A model generated the notes under the pieces. It saw only the letters and a list, made by a program, of their open reading frames with translations. It had not been told where the DNA came from and did no database searches. Positions 23,799 to 36,842 of a DNA stretch of 64,000 nt are shown in pieces. Numbering within the stretch: the first letter of the stretch is position 1; every line of letters begins with the position of its first letter. This DNA is from Paraphysomonas bandaiensis (Eukaryota; Protista; Chrysophyceae), in NCBI GenBank assembly GCA_965644295.1, contig CBFFRP010000346.1, forward strand, positions 1-64,000, written 5' to 3'. Made by a program: the position numbers and the translations under genes.

Positions 23799-25646
23799 TT
23801 ATTTTATACCTTTTTCGTCCAGCACTGCTTGCACAGCACGCATAATTCGATCTCCCCTGGGGCCACCAATAGTTTGCAAGGTTCTTGCGTTCATCACGTA
23901 GGCAAAGCTTATTCTTCGATGCGGGTCCCACAGAGACCAACTGCCTCCTAATCCGCCCCATCCCCAGAATCCATCATATACAGTTTTGAAGTCCGCTGGA
24001 ACCATAGAAGATTCCATGTCAGACATACGAGAAAATCCACCCTGTGTAAATGAGCAGACCGCATTTATAAACTCGTCTCTTTCTACAATAGGATCCGAAA
24101 ATGCCTGAACCACAGTTTCACGAGACATTAATTGGGTATCTCCGACCCGTCCCTCATTAATAAACAAAGTGTTTATTTTCGCAATGGATCTTGCATTAGC
24201 GTGCATATTGGCAGAAGGGACCTCTTGGGCCCTCCCAGCAACGGAGTTGACCCATCGGCAGTCCTTAAGCAGCCACTCCGCAACATCTAAAGGCAAACAG
24301 CATGAGGCGATAACGTAGTTGTAAAAATAACTTTACTAACTGTGTCTCAATATAGGGCTCTTTCTTGATGTAAATGTCTTGACGATTGCCCTAACAGTGC
24401 GAGGATCTCCTGTCGCCGGAAATTTTGTATTAACTCCCCACGCACCCGGTGATGTAGTAGAACTGGGGTTGCAGGTACTTACGCCCCGTACCTCACTCGC
24501 ACTTATGACATCATCTATGCCTTTGATATCCTCGTCTCCACTTTTCTCTTCGCTCTGGGAAGTACTATGAGAGACGTTGTTAGATATATGATTTCTGTTC
24601 ATTGCGGGTGTAGTAGTTCGTTTGAGACCAAGGCGCTTGCTCACGTGGTTACTGACACCCCCTGCAACAGCCTTGATAATCGTGCCTGCCCCCAAAAAGG
24701 GCATGTTTTTTATGTTCGCTATTTCCAGAAGCGACTGCTCTGATGGATGTATACCACAGTATATGTCTAGTTGTAGTGGGATGCATATCTCATCACGCAT
24801 AAACTGGGCCAGTGTTCGTCCCTTACTGTCAACACGGCGGACAATGCCAGAGAGCAGCCAGCCTCTGGTCACTGCATGGTAATGTCGTCTACCTGAAAAA
24901 CAGAAGGACAATACCAACACAGGTGAGTATTTCCTTTCACCTAAGCTTTACATATACTACCACATATACTGTAATTCAAGATAATTTAACACCACACATA
25001 ATATACCACTAACCGAGTAGATGCCATTTTCCAGCCCGTTCTATTGCTCTCTCCATAGGCGCAATACTCTCTAGGCAGTTACAAGTCAATTGCGTGTCTT
25101 TCCAGGGGTTCGCCATATCATCAGGATCTATGAACACAACGAGTAAAATCCAGGATATAATTTTCACTCAATTTCATGATTATTATAACTGTGACGTGAG
25201 TCCGTACCAATACATGCTCTAAATGTACCTGAAAAGAATGGTACCCCAGCTTCATGTCGCAGGACATCGGCTATAGTAATATCGGACTTGTTTCCATCAC
25301 CAAACTCAGGCCAATGCTTCACAACCAAATCATCATAAGATATAACTCCACGATCCACTAAGAGAGCCATTACAATGGCCTCCATGTTTTTTCCGCTGCT
25401 ATATATATTTTGAATAGTATCTGCTGAGTATACTTTCTGCTTGCTAGACTTTCCATGAAGATCCACCACTACATTCTCGCCATGATAAATCACCAGCTGG
25501 GCGCCCAGCTCCATATTCAAGGCAAAGTTCTCTTCGAATGCGCGTCGAACCGGCTCCCACCCATCAGAAACATACCCTTGTACAACACCCCCATCACCGA
25601 ATGGTCCTTTTCCTATGGGTTGAATCTCGGTAGTGACAGACATCAT
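23799..25646 (-). CDS. Beta-lactamase-fold serine hydrolase (class C/family VIII esterase-like), multi-exon
   Basis: IYSSGK (SxxK), YDDLVVKHWPEFG, ITIADVLRHEAG, HYHAVTRGW, EVPSAN, WGGLGGS. Confidence 0.88.
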
Positions 25647-26228
25647 ACTATTCTGTCCAAAAATATATATATACGTTTAAGATATGTATCTATTAGATAG
25701 ACAGACAGATAGATGGGTTTACATGTCCACAGGAATACAGAAGGAGATTACTAACATGGTAACAATACCACAGTCCTCTTCACTATTCACACAAATAGAA
25801 ACACCACATCAGTGACCAGTAAATAACAATGCCTATTCTTGCAACTGGCCACAAGAATGCTCACGTATAGCTGAAGGAGATCATATTTCAGTCAACATCC
25901 CTTTTCTCTGTATATATATTAGCATTGCTGTCTACTGCACTACGTACAACGTCGTGTTGTAGCAGTGATACTGCTGTATTCTGTGCAATACCTGATTCTG
26001 ATGGCTGATTATTACGTATTCGGAAGGTAAAAAAAGTGCTGCTTTTTGCATGCAGCAGATATGGAATACAGATACATTTACGTATACAGAGTGTACATAT
26101 ACTGGATATGGACTTAACTTACTTCTTACTTTACCGCACTGGCTTTGAGCATCCTCTCCCACAAAAATCAATTTCTTTCCTCTATTGTCTCCATCAATTG
26201 ACCTATACGCATTATTTGTTGGTAAGCT

Positions 26229-27173
26229 ATGTTGGACTTTACGTGGTATGACGTGTGGGAATTGCACTGCTGTTTTATGCACAATGATATGGAGGAGTGC
26301 ATTGTAAAATATGATGCTATTGTTTTTTCGCTGTGGTGTCTTGGTGTTTGGATTATTTATTCGTTCGTGTGGTCCATCGTAGGAAACAACTGTTCAAAAG
26401 TAGACCAGATATGGTCTATAACACCATGGTTATATAGCTGGGGATTTTACTGGCATTTTCATTTGTCAACAGCTGGAAGTATGCATCCTCGTTTGCTTCT
26501 TGTGTGTATTTTGATGACACTCTGGGGCGTTCGATTAACATATAATTTCTGGCGACGTGGAGGTTATGGAAACTTAATATCTCACGAAGAAGATTACCGC
26601 TGGCCTATCTTACGCAAGAAAATGAACGCGTGGACGTTCCTGCTGTTCAACCTTACTTTCATTGCGACTTATCAGAATATTCTATTGATGCTAATCGCCC
26701 TGCCTACATACATGGTTCTTTATGCAGAGAGTACCCAAATATCCTTTTTAGACATTTTATTGACTTTTTTATTTATGTGTTTGTTGTCTATTGAGACAAT
26801 TGCTGACCAACAGCACTACGATTTCCAAGAATACAAACACTCGCTGAGTGAGAGGGAGAAGCGACAGCATAAATCGCCTAGCATTCGCAGTGGCTTCTTG
26901 CAGTCAGGGTTGTGGGGCCTGTGTCGCCACCCGAATTATTTCGCGGAACAAATGATATGGGTAACGTTTTATCTGTTTGCAGTGAGTGCAACAGGTGAGC
27001 TCTTCAACTGGTCCGGCATTGGGGTTGTGCTTTTGGTTATCTTATTTCAAGGAAGTATGGCATTTGGAGAGTCCATAACGGCGGCCAAATACCCACTATA
27101 CAAAAAGTATCAGCAAGGAGTTTGGCAATGTATCCCATGCGTATATTTCAAATTTAATGGGGGTAAAGCATGA
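26229..27173 (+). CDS. DUF1295 / steroid 5-alpha-reductase-like membrane protein (5' exons unresolved)
   Basis: SKVDQIWS, LWGVRLTYNF, EDYRW, ETIADQQ, GLWGLCRHPNYFAE, YKKYQ. Confidence 0.88.
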   Translation: MLDFTWYDVWELHCCFMHNDMEECIVKYDAIVFSLWCLGVWIIYSFVWSIVGNNCSKVDQIWSITPWLYSWGFYWHFHLSTAGSMHPRLLLVCILMTLWGVRLTYNFWRRGGYGNLISHEEDYRWPILRKKMNAWTFLLFNLTFIATYQNILLMLIALPTYMVLYAESTQISFLDILLTFLFMCLLSIETIADQQHYDFQEYKHSLSEREKRQHKSPSIRSGFLQSGLWGLCRHPNYFAEQMIWVTFYLFAVSATGELFNWSGIGVVLLVILFQGSMAFGESITAAKYPLYKKYQQGVWQCIPCVYFKFNGGKA

Positions 27174-27529
27174 TAAGTAATGATTGTTTCCTACATATAC
27201 CTTCTTGAAGCGCATTCTCTTCGTATGTCTCGTTTACAGCATATAATGTGATAAATTTATTTACTACTACCGTGAGATATGCATTTGCTTAGTTAGTAGA
27301 GAGTGTTTCGTTCGATATTTTAAGCAAGATGTGTCTTAAGTTTTAGGCATTTTTTAATGATAAGAATATTTGTAATTTGTAGCAAAAAATATGTTTCGCG
27401 AGGCTTTAGGGAAAGGGATTTCAATATCAGGGGAGATTCTTTAGTGTCGAGCGGAATCTGTGGTGTCCTCGTTAGATGTAGATAGCGCAATTTGCTATAC
27501 AGTTAACATAAGTTTTGTAGCGTTGCGAA

Positions 27530-27580
27530 CAGGGCTGCAGTCAATTACAATTATTGCAATTAACTGCGATTAACTCTAAC
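27530..27580 (+). repeat. Fragment of a second hAT-like terminus family (CAGGG start with CAATT-rich repeats)
   Basis: CAGGGCTGC followed by CAATT-rich repeats, similar to 33559 and 62819. Confidence 0.4.
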
Positions 27581-27979
27581 CCTAAATTGCTCATTGATGT
27601 TTATCACTTATCACTTAATAATTAATTAATAAAATTGTGATCGACACCTCTTATCATTCACTATCTTTATATACAACTACCCATTGATATTATTGTATTA
27701 TCGTATTATCAGAACCTAGATATTGATAATTGACAGTTAATAAAATTCAGTTTTACTAAAACTATAAGGTTCAGTTGATTACTTGCTATCTTGCTGTCAT
27801 CCAAATATCAGTTTCGGATAAAAAGGTACTAGAAAACCAGGCATCTCATATCAAACAAAAGTTCATAAATTAGCCAAAACATCCTCAATTATACGATACT
27901 CAGCTCAAACACATGGTAAATACTGACACATTACATAACTACTACACCCAGAGGTAGCAAACTGCAGTGTTACCTACCA

Positions 27980-29623
27980 CTACTTCCCAGCATTCTTACT
28001 GGATAACTTGGCCTTCTTGGCACTTGACTGACCCGAAATAGTTATAGCTTCATCGCCGGCTTTCCGCTTCACGTCACTACTGCTACTAGTACTGGAAGCG
28101 GAGGTTGACTCCCTTCTATTAGAGCGGGAAGCTTTAGGCGGTTTTACCTTTGATACGGTACGCGCTTCAACTAGATTGACCTGATCCTCGATTTTATTAG
28201 CACTATAAATTGGGTCATCCCGATGCAACGGGCAATTCTGCCCAACCGGTCTTCCCTCCAAATGATCAATGTCCTGTAACAACTGAAAATAGATTAATAC
28301 CTCAGTTATATCAGTCGACACTGGGCCAGCACCATTCCAAAAACTAGCGATAATGTATGTCAAGTCTACCCGTATCCTTACCTGTGCAATTTCTCTAACA
28401 GCGGGTATAGGCATTGAGAGAACCATCTGTCGCCTCTTATTACCCCATTCATCGTTCATTTTTTGTGGATCCACTGCTAGGGAATGTGGTATACCGTCTC
28501 CTTGCATCTGCTGTATAGCTCGCTTCTCTTTGACCAAGAAAGCGAAGTCAAAGAAGTTCTCCACTGTTTGCACCGGGTCTGACCGATCAACCAGCATGTC
28601 CACTAAATCAACGGTTTGACTGTCATTCGAACCAGATGCTGTACGAGCCCCGCGTCCACCCTCTCTCAACACAGCGAAGAGGTTCTTTATACGTTCATTG
28701 GTAGCCTCCGTCTCACCGGAATCGCCCTTGCCATCTTCCTGAAATTAATTAAGTTACAGTGTCTACTGAAAGTACATCACAAGAAGCAAATTGTTCACCA
28801 CCCATGGGTATAAAATGCGTATATGGGTAGTATACCACACACATAGACGTGTGAGACACTCACATTGCCAGCATTTATCAACTCCTCAGGTTCCACTGCT
28901 TTTGTGTGTTTTTTGTCCTGGCGTACTGCTACTCTCCTTTCTTTCGCCACTTTCCCTGCAAAAATATCATTATACCATCAAAGAGCTCCAACATGCGGGA
29001 TCTACCAATAGGACCCATCATTGTGCTTATATCCGATCGGCGCCAAAAGAGTACCCCGATATTCTATTGTCCACATTACTATTTCATAGTGAATCTTATT
29101 TACCCTATTACCTGGCCGAATTCTTTCCATGAAAATGAGGTGCCGTCCTCTCTATAATCGCGAATAAACATACCCCATTATTATTCATCAGACATACGTG
29201 AAGAAGCACGCGCAACTCTTACCCTCTGTATTTATCACGCAGGTTGTTCGAAAAGACGTTGTAGTTATAGCAACGAAACACATCATCAACAAAAGATGCA
29301 TGCCGTTTTGCTATTTTCGCGAGTGCGCTTAGATTCTGCGAATCATTTATTGCTTCCCGAGTATGATGAAGCTATAATCCCAACGTTAACAACTGGACAC
29401 CATGGTACAATAACATTGACATACCTGACGGAATATAGCGTTGTTCTGATCTCTGCACTCATTAAACTCTTTTGTATCCATTATCTGTAGACATATAATA
29501 TTAGCACCCAAGGCACCAGAGTTACAGATAACGTACCGCACTTTGATTTTCACTGACAATCCTGTCATGCAGTTTTCTCTGCTCCTTTCTCAGTGCCCTC
29601 CTTTTCTCTCTATCATCAGACAT
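27980..29623 (-). CDS. NSE4: Smc5/6 kleisin subunit NSE4-like, multi-exon
   Basis: N-terminus MSDDREKRRALRKEQRKL and NNAIFRQV..TREAINDS. C-terminal Nse4-type DPVQTVENFFDFAFLVKE. Internal exon boundaries not fully resolved. Confidence 0.75.
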
Positions 29624-30175
29624 TGTGTAGCGGTTAGCGATTGATAATCTCCTCGGTAGTAATTCACAGTTATAATTTACGCGACGTCCTTGTAAGCCAC
29701 CTGAATATGAAACATGAATTCAAAGTTCATAATTTACATACTTTTTCAAGAACAAAAATGGATACTGCAAAATATCAAACTGAAAATCAAGGTCCTGGAG
29801 GTGTGTGAGGAATGTGTATGTACTGTAGGCTTACATACAGGTATATGTATGATGGTTCGTAGGATACTGAAGGAAGTGTTGTGTCTCCGCAATGTGGTGC
29901 AATTGACGATATGAAAGTATCAGAATAATGCACTTAACACTGTAACTAACATAAATCATCAGCAACGAAAGGACCATCAAATGTCGTGGTTATCAGCGCA
30001 GGCTGCAATGCGGGTATCAAGCCCGAAGTGGACACAATAATAAACTGGCAATATTTTGGTTCGATCCGAGAGAAAAGATCGTATTTTGACCATTTAAAGG
30101 ATTACGTTCACGCAGTTCCGGTATTGATTGACAGTATTAATCAACTATTGTTGAAGATTGTTGAAGTATTGCTTA

Positions 30176-32952
30176 ATGTACAGTACATCGAGAGATAACT
30201 CAGGGTATAATCCACTGCTGAGTGATCGCAGTCCAGAGTTGAAAGCGGTGGAAGGAGATGTCAGTGACGATGCTGAATCGTTGCATTCTGAGACTCCCAA
30301 TGTTATGCACCGTGAGAGTGTTGCATGGTTTGGTAGCAACAAAATTCCTGAGTCGATGAACTTTGACGAAGTAGAGAGTGTTATGTGGAGAAAGGTAAAT
30401 GCTAATGTTTCTAGTTGCCGGTCTCATTGTGTATTCCTCAGCATCAACTGCGTCGTTTCTTTCAAGATAGAGGACATTGGTTGACTGCGGCTAGAAGGAC
30501 GACGGCTTGGAAATGGGCCTTAGTTATTTTAATTGGTATTCTTGTTGGTGCGGTGGGTGCTTTTGTCCAAATATTTACGGAGGTTCTAAGCGAGTGGCGA
30601 TTTCATGAAGTCACGAAACGAATAGATGACAAACAGTGGGGCGCAGCTTTTTTTCTGTACCAGGCCATAAGTCTACTGCTAGGTGGCGCTGCTGGAATTC
30701 TTTGCTGGATTGTACCTCAAGCTGCTGGGTCGGGCATACCAGAAATAAAAGCTTTCCTGAATGGGGTGGCACTGAAAGGCCTGGTGCGAGTGAGGGTGTT
30801 GCTTGCCAAGGTCATAGGAGTATGTTTCAGCGTATCCTCTGGTTTGCCAATAGGAAAAGAAGGTCCAATGATTCATATAGGAAGTATTATGGGGGCAGCC
30901 ATGTCTCAAGGAAAGACCATCACATTCGGTTTCGATACCTCATGGACAAAATTTCAAGACTTTAGGAACGACAGTGCAAAGAGGGACTTTGTTACATATG
31001 GGGCAGCTGCAGGCATCGCAGCAGCATTTCGTGCCCCTATTGGTGGGGTGCTCTTCACATTGGAGGAGGGAGCATCGTTCTGGTCCACCACGATTACTTT
31101 CAGAGCTTTTTTCTGTGCCATGATGACAATGCTCACTGTGAGTATCTTCTTCGCCGGACACAACTTCGGTAGATCTGAGGCGAGCAGCATTTTTTCATTC
31201 GGACAATTTGATAGTCTTGTGGAGGGAAAGACCAACTACTATGCGTATGAAATATTTGTCTTTATATTTATAGGGTGTATGGGTGGGGCACTCGGCGCTC
31301 TCTTCAACCACATAAACAAACTAGTGACAGAGTACCGTATCATAAATGTCAATGCATACAAATGGAAGCGAATGACAGAGCTGCTGTTATATGTATTTGT
31401 GATGGCCTGCATTAGTTTCTTGTTGCCGCTCATGTGGAGAAAATGTACCGCAATGCCGTCTGACTCCAGCGACTGGACCTCTCAAGAGAGAGATCTCCTG
31501 GATGAACTCGTGCAGTTTCAGTGCAAATCCAGTGAATATAACCAATTAGCCTCTCTGTACTTCACTCCAGCGGACACGGCCCTGCGCCAACTGTTTCACT
31601 ACAGAGAGTACGATGGTAACGATTACACTACCTTTGAGACTGGTGCACTTCTTTTGTTCTTTATTCCTTACTTCCTTGCAGCCGCATGTGCGTCAGGGTC
31701 CTTTGCCCCGACTGGTCTTTTTGTGCCATGTATAGTGGCCGGAGCAGCATTCGGAAGGCTATGTGGTCACTTGCTTAACAGCGCTTTCCCAGGTTACGTG
31801 GCAGACTCTGGAACATATGCTCTGATTGGGGCAGCGGCGCTGTTGGGCGGAATGGCTCGCATGACAATATCTGGTACCGTTATCATGTTAGAGGCCGCGG
31901 GAAACATGGTGTACCTCCTACCGCTGATGGTCACCTTTGGCGCTGCCAGATACACTGGAAATGCTATTAATCATGGCCTTTACGAGATGCAGATAGATTT
32001 ACAGAAGCTTCCTTTCCTTCCTGGTAATCTGAGGAGTCTGGGCCTTTTGAACTACTTCCCCATCCATGAAATAATGGCTCATCCAGTCTATTGTTTCAAC
32101 AGGGTGGAGAAGGTAGGCAACGTATTCCGCATTCTATCTGAGACCGAGCATAACGGCTTCCCTGTTCTTGGTAAAAACGGCCATTTGGTTGGCCTGATTC
32201 TTCGCAAGACTCTCTGCAGTCTATTGAAGCTGAAGGCCTATTCGGTACCACAGGCTAGACCACAGCAGGGTGGGCTTGCGAGTATGGAAATTAGTGCCAG
32301 ACCGTCTGCTGACGGGGGTGATTGTGGTGATAGCAAGATACTTCAGCCTGCCGCCACTGTATTCTATGACACCTTAGAGAGAAACTATCCGCGGTATCCG
32401 AGGATAGCGGACATAAAACTAACTGCCAGGGAGATGGTAACTGTTGCAAGCGTAAGTATATGATAATTATGAATAATGAATTGTGCAGGAGCTGTTCATA
32501 GACCTGAGACCGTACATGGATACTGCTCCGTACTCAATTAATCAGAGTGCTTCCGTGCAGCGCTGCTACAGGTACAAACTTACACTTTGGTGTCACCAAC
32601 TCATTATTGGGCACTGCTTTGGCAAAATGTAGGCAGTTCCGGACAATGGGTCTTCGTCATATGGTAGTTGTAGACAGTGATCACCTCGTTGTAGGAATGA
32701 TAACTCGTAAGGACCTGACAGAGAGGCGGCTAGATTTACATTGGTACCGTGAGGTATGTTTTCACTTGATTTTTTGCCTTCTATAGTGAAGATGTTCTAC
32801 AGGGTCATAACCTTCAAAAGTTTATAAACATTGATCACCTTCCTCCGGCGGTCGTATGCGATGATGAGGCTATCGTGGATGAAGAGAGCGAAATAGGGCA
32901 GAGGGCTAATCAAGGAGCTGCAGATTCCACTCTGTCCGCGTCGAAGAAATGA
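30176..32952 (+). CDS. CLC chloride/proton antiporter, CLC-6/7-like, with CBS domains, multi-exon
   Basis: GSGIPE, GKEGP (gating Glu), GGVLFTLEE (proton Glu), GLFVP, HNGFPV and GLRHMVVVD (CBS). The last exon ends SASKK-TGA at 32952. Confidence 0.93.
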
Positions 32953-33558
32953 TACTAGATGATATCTGTCGTTACTTGTTTGATAATGGGGGTTATGAGT
33001 CCTATTTATTACACAGATCATACATACAACATTCCTTTAGTATATTTACTTGTCGGAAGGTAGTTATTGGATAGTGATTCTACCTCTCACTCCGATGCTG
33101 AATTTCTAATTGCATTTCCTTTAATATCTTCTTTGGTGACCCACTCAAAGGGGATAGCTTTGTTGGCACTCTGGGCGATAAACAGTGCTGGAGAATAGTA
33201 TGATGTATTTCTTTTTGTACTCCAGCAACAACTTATGATTACAAAGGAATGCACATTTTTGCAAACAAGCTGTTACTACCTCCATTCTTGAACTGTACAA
33301 TATGTGTTAAACCATACAGTAATATGGAACCACCTGAACTAATTACTTTTCGAATATAGAATGTGCCAACGTTTGAAATATATTACTCCGTTCATCAGTG
33401 TCTTCAATAGTCAAAAAATTAATTGAATAGCCAACATCGCGCAACAATTTAAGTATTTTTTTACTAAAAAAGTTCTTCAGGAGGGCCAGCTTATAACTGA
33501 GGGTTACTTGATCGAAAACGATTTCGACTAAATATTTAGCAATTGGCAGCCATATAAG

Positions 33559-33645
33559 CAGGCTTGCGTAACAATTAATTGTTCTTAAAAGTGATAAATT
33601 CAATTATTATTCGTATATGTTGCCAATTAATTGCAATTAATTGGC
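33559..33645 (+). repeat. Fragment of second hAT-like terminus family
   Basis: CAGGCTTGCGTAACAATTAATTG differs by one base from the first 23 nt at 62819. Confidence 0.65.
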
Positions 33646-34192
33646 TGGCTAAATTATATATAGTATCTTAAGATATATCGCTACTGATCATAGGTACAAA
33701 CCCATTATCTGTGAGCATAGAAGTTTGGATGTATGTGCACAGTCAAGTTATCATTTTACTAATCATAATTGTGTGTGTGACAGTCAGTATACGGGTTAGT
33801 ATACACTGTAACCTCAGAAGAGTAGTATTGCATGTCAACGATCGTTGGCAAAGAACAAACGGAGCACCTCAAATGAGAGAGATAGTAAAACAAGAATTAA
33901 ACGTTTCTAAACAATGAAGAATTCTTTGTCCTCTTTGGATTCTATAGTTGGCTGTATATTATATAGACTTACGGTACCAAGGATGCCGATACCTGTAAGG
34001 CTGTTCAGCTGCTGTACATTTTTGATATGACGGATTTTCAGTTCGACATCTCCAGATCTGCTCCAGAAATCTACAAAATGGAGATTTTTTAGATCTCCAT
34101 AGCGAATTTCCATCACTGTCTTTTCACGGGGCCCTCTGAATGTAAAAAGTAGTAATTTTGGTCCAGCAATTCCAGTACATATGCATACACAG

Positions 34193-34350
34193 GGGGTGGT
34201 TGTGCATATTTGTTCATCGTTTATTTCATCGAAAAATCATCGTTTTTTCAGTGAAGAGTGAAAAAAAGTGACTTTTTAATGAAAAAACGATGATTTTTCG
34301 ATGAAATAAACAATGAACAAATCAATGAAATCGATATGCACAACCACCCC
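34193..34350. mobile_element. 158-bp MITE, PIF/Harbinger-like (3-bp CAG TSD)
   Basis: GGGGTGGTTGTGCATAT...ATATGCACAACCACCCC ends plus a ~40-bp inner inverted arm; CAG lies on both sides. Confidence 0.8.
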
Positions 34351-34433
34351 CAGTACACTGTCCTCACGATATGCATGCAATCATTATGATGTAAGGATGT
34401 TTCCAGTGATACAATTTATCTCTCAAAACATCA

Positions 34434-36308
34434 ATGCCCAATAAATACACCCCTCCCCCATGGGCCGCTGTGCCATCTGATGAGTTTTACCTTGAGGTCC
34501 TGAAGGATGGTGGAGTTGTAGATAAGATCTTGTTAACTGGTAAGGATCATTTCGTAATAGGAAGACAACCGGATATATGTGATATCAGCCTAGATCATCC
34601 GTCCATATCGAGGGCACATGCTGTTTTACAGTTTAGAGATGATGGCTCGATCATGTTGTTTGATATGCAGAGTGCTCATGGCACAGTGGTCAACAAAAAG
34701 CCATGTGTTGCGGGGGCTTATCAACGGCTCTTTGTTGGAGATTTCATTAAGTTCGGCGCCTCGAGTCGTTCATATATTGTAGGTGGACCAGAAACCCAGC
34801 GCCCACCTGAGTACGATAGTGAGAATATGCGCGCGTTTAGGAGACATCTGGAGGATATGAGCGCTAAGGTTGCAGCGAAAAATAAGGAGGAGCAAAGTGA
34901 AGGTATTTCGTGGGGATTTGGGGAAGATGCTGTAAATTATGATGACGATGAGGCCGATGAAGAGGAACTTCCTGACTATGTGAAAAATGATCCTCATTAT
35001 GATCGGAAATATGGAGACAAGTTTGCGTCAACCGTGAAGGATTCTGAGGTTGGAGCTAAAGACAGAGAACTTCTCGAAAAGCTCCGCAAGAAAGAACGAA
35101 AGGTGCAAAATATGCAAGAAGAGATCAAACGCATTTATATGAAAGAGGGAAAGCAAGATGAAGGTTTGACGGATGGTCAGGTTGCTGCGGTGGAGCGAAA
35201 TGACAAGCGTATCGAGGTGTTGAAAGAGGAGATCCTTGCAATTGAGAGTACATTGAAAGGCAAGCACATGCAACGGGAAGGCATCACTGCCGGCGAGGCT
35301 GCAGCTGCAAATCGCAAAAGCCGGAGAGAGAAGGAAAGTGTGATGGAGGACGATGCTCTTGACACCACAGATAGCACAGCAGATGCCAGCACCAACTGGC
35401 GGCTTCGGCGGAAACAACGCTTGAGTGGAAGGCCTATATCTTCCGGACGTGATGATACTGTAAAAGATGCTCTAACGTACGAGCAGTTGTGCAAGCAGTG
35501 TGAAGAGAAGCAACGAGAGGTGGAAGTATTAGTTGCAGATTTGCAAAAGACAGAAAATATTCTGTTAAATCAGCGAGGGGATGGAGGGGATGAGTTGGCG
35601 GCGTATATGGCACAGAGTGAGAGGGCCCAAGCAGAAGAAGCGAGAGTGAGATTAATAACTGATATCAGTGCTGCAGAGAGAGCACTTCAACGTTTGAAGA
35701 ATTTGGCGAGTGTTGCAGCCCCTGCCCTCTCATCTCTTTGCACATCCAGGCAAAAAGTACAGCATCAAACGGCGAAAGTGTCGTCCCTCGAGACCACGCT
35801 TCCCTCTACATTCGCTGCCGCGGAAACTTCAACAGTCCAGTCTATACCAACCGAAGACGGGGCTAAAGTATTATCAATACCCGGAACAGATGTTATCCAC
35901 AGAGAAGATGAACCCACCAAGGTTGCCTCTCAAGTCACGGCTCCTGCACCTAGTTCTAGTATACAGCACAGTAAAAAGAAAGCTAACTTGAATAGAAATT
36001 GTGTCAGTAGTGTGTGTGCAAATATTGTGTGGGATAGAAACGGATCTGATGGGGAAGATGTTATCGATGTTGACACAAGTGGGGTTGCGGCAAAGCGTTC
36101 TAGAGGGGATAGGGGAAACAAGAAGAAGAAGCAACGCATTGACGAGGAACCACGGAAGAAAACAATTGGCCCAAGTATGCCCTCTGCAGGATCCTCTCAG
36201 GGTGCGCATCTTAAATTATACGACGACAATGAAGATAGCACATGGGTCCCACCGTCTAATCAAACAGGTGATGGAAAGACAGCTCTTAACGCGAAGTACG
36301 GCTATTAG
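34434..36308 (+). CDS. SLC4A1AP: Kanadaptin-like FHA-domain protein, intronless
   Basis: YTPPPWA, FHA (GRQ..CDI.LDHPSISRAHA..SAHGT), GISWGFGEDA, coiled coils, C-terminal WVPPSNQTGDGKTALNAKYGY. Confidence 0.88.
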   Translation: MPNKYTPPPWAAVPSDEFYLEVLKDGGVVDKILLTGKDHFVIGRQPDICDISLDHPSISRAHAVLQFRDDGSIMLFDMQSAHGTVVNKKPCVAGAYQRLFVGDFIKFGASSRSYIVGGPETQRPPEYDSENMRAFRRHLEDMSAKVAAKNKEEQSEGISWGFGEDAVNYDDDEADEEELPDYVKNDPHYDRKYGDKFASTVKDSEVGAKDRELLEKLRKKERKVQNMQEEIKRIYMKEGKQDEGLTDGQVAAVERNDKRIEVLKEEILAIESTLKGKHMQREGITAGEAAAANRKSRREKESVMEDDALDTTDSTADASTNWRLRRKQRLSGRPISSGRDDTVKDALTYEQLCKQCEEKQREVEVLVADLQKTENILLNQRGDGGDELAAYMAQSERAQAEEARVRLITDISAAERALQRLKNLASVAAPALSSLCTSRQKVQHQTAKVSSLETTLPSTFAAAETSTVQSIPTEDGAKVLSIPGTDVIHREDEPTKVASQVTAPAPSSSIQHSKKKANLNRNCVSSVCANIVWDRNGSDGEDVIDVDTSGVAAKRSRGDRGNKKKKQRIDEEPRKKTIGPSMPSAGSSQGAHLKLYDDNEDSTWVPPSNQTGDGKTALNAKYGY

Positions 36309-36645
36309 CAATCTGCTAAGAGTATTATACATATTGTTTGCGGGATGGTTGTGATTTTTTTTGCTGATAGCTTAAGTTAATTGTGAAACTATATTTGATC
36401 CAAAAAATGCATATTGTGTTACTGTTTACGTAGTCAGCTATCTTTCAACTGTACGGTTACGGCATATATACATTGTACTACGTACTTAGTAGTAGTACTC
36501 CTTAAAGTATAGGTGTATTATGTATAATTACACCTTTGGCGGTGTAGTATATGTGCAGTCCATGTGTATGATATGTAGTATAGAGTAAGGGCATATTGTG
36601 TGTCCAGAGTGATGTCTGTGATACATAGTAGTGAATATCCGATTT

Positions 36646-36842
36646 TTAGCAATAGAGCAATAGGCGTGTAAGAGTCAGAACTAATGTAGCAAAACAATTT
36701 TCACTAACAAGTGCTGAACTCTGATATCCTACTATATTTGGCATTTAGCGCTACGACAGCTACTCTGATATCGCTAAAGCTCAAGGCAAACGCAGTGAGC
36801 AAGTAGAATGTTGATATACCTGACATGTGCTATCTTCAGGAT
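36646..36842 (-). repeat. Partial internal copy of MITE family B
   Basis: Reverse-complement match to about 16740-16950 (GCAATAGGCGTG..TAATGTAGCAAAACAATT..GTTGATATACCTGACAT). Confidence 0.75.

Noticed and set aside
27575-27587. Telomere-like AACCCTAAA
   Set aside because: Single unit, not an array.
33040-34140. Possible minus-strand gene remnant (33907-34116)
   Set aside because: Short and interrupted, with no identifiable domain.
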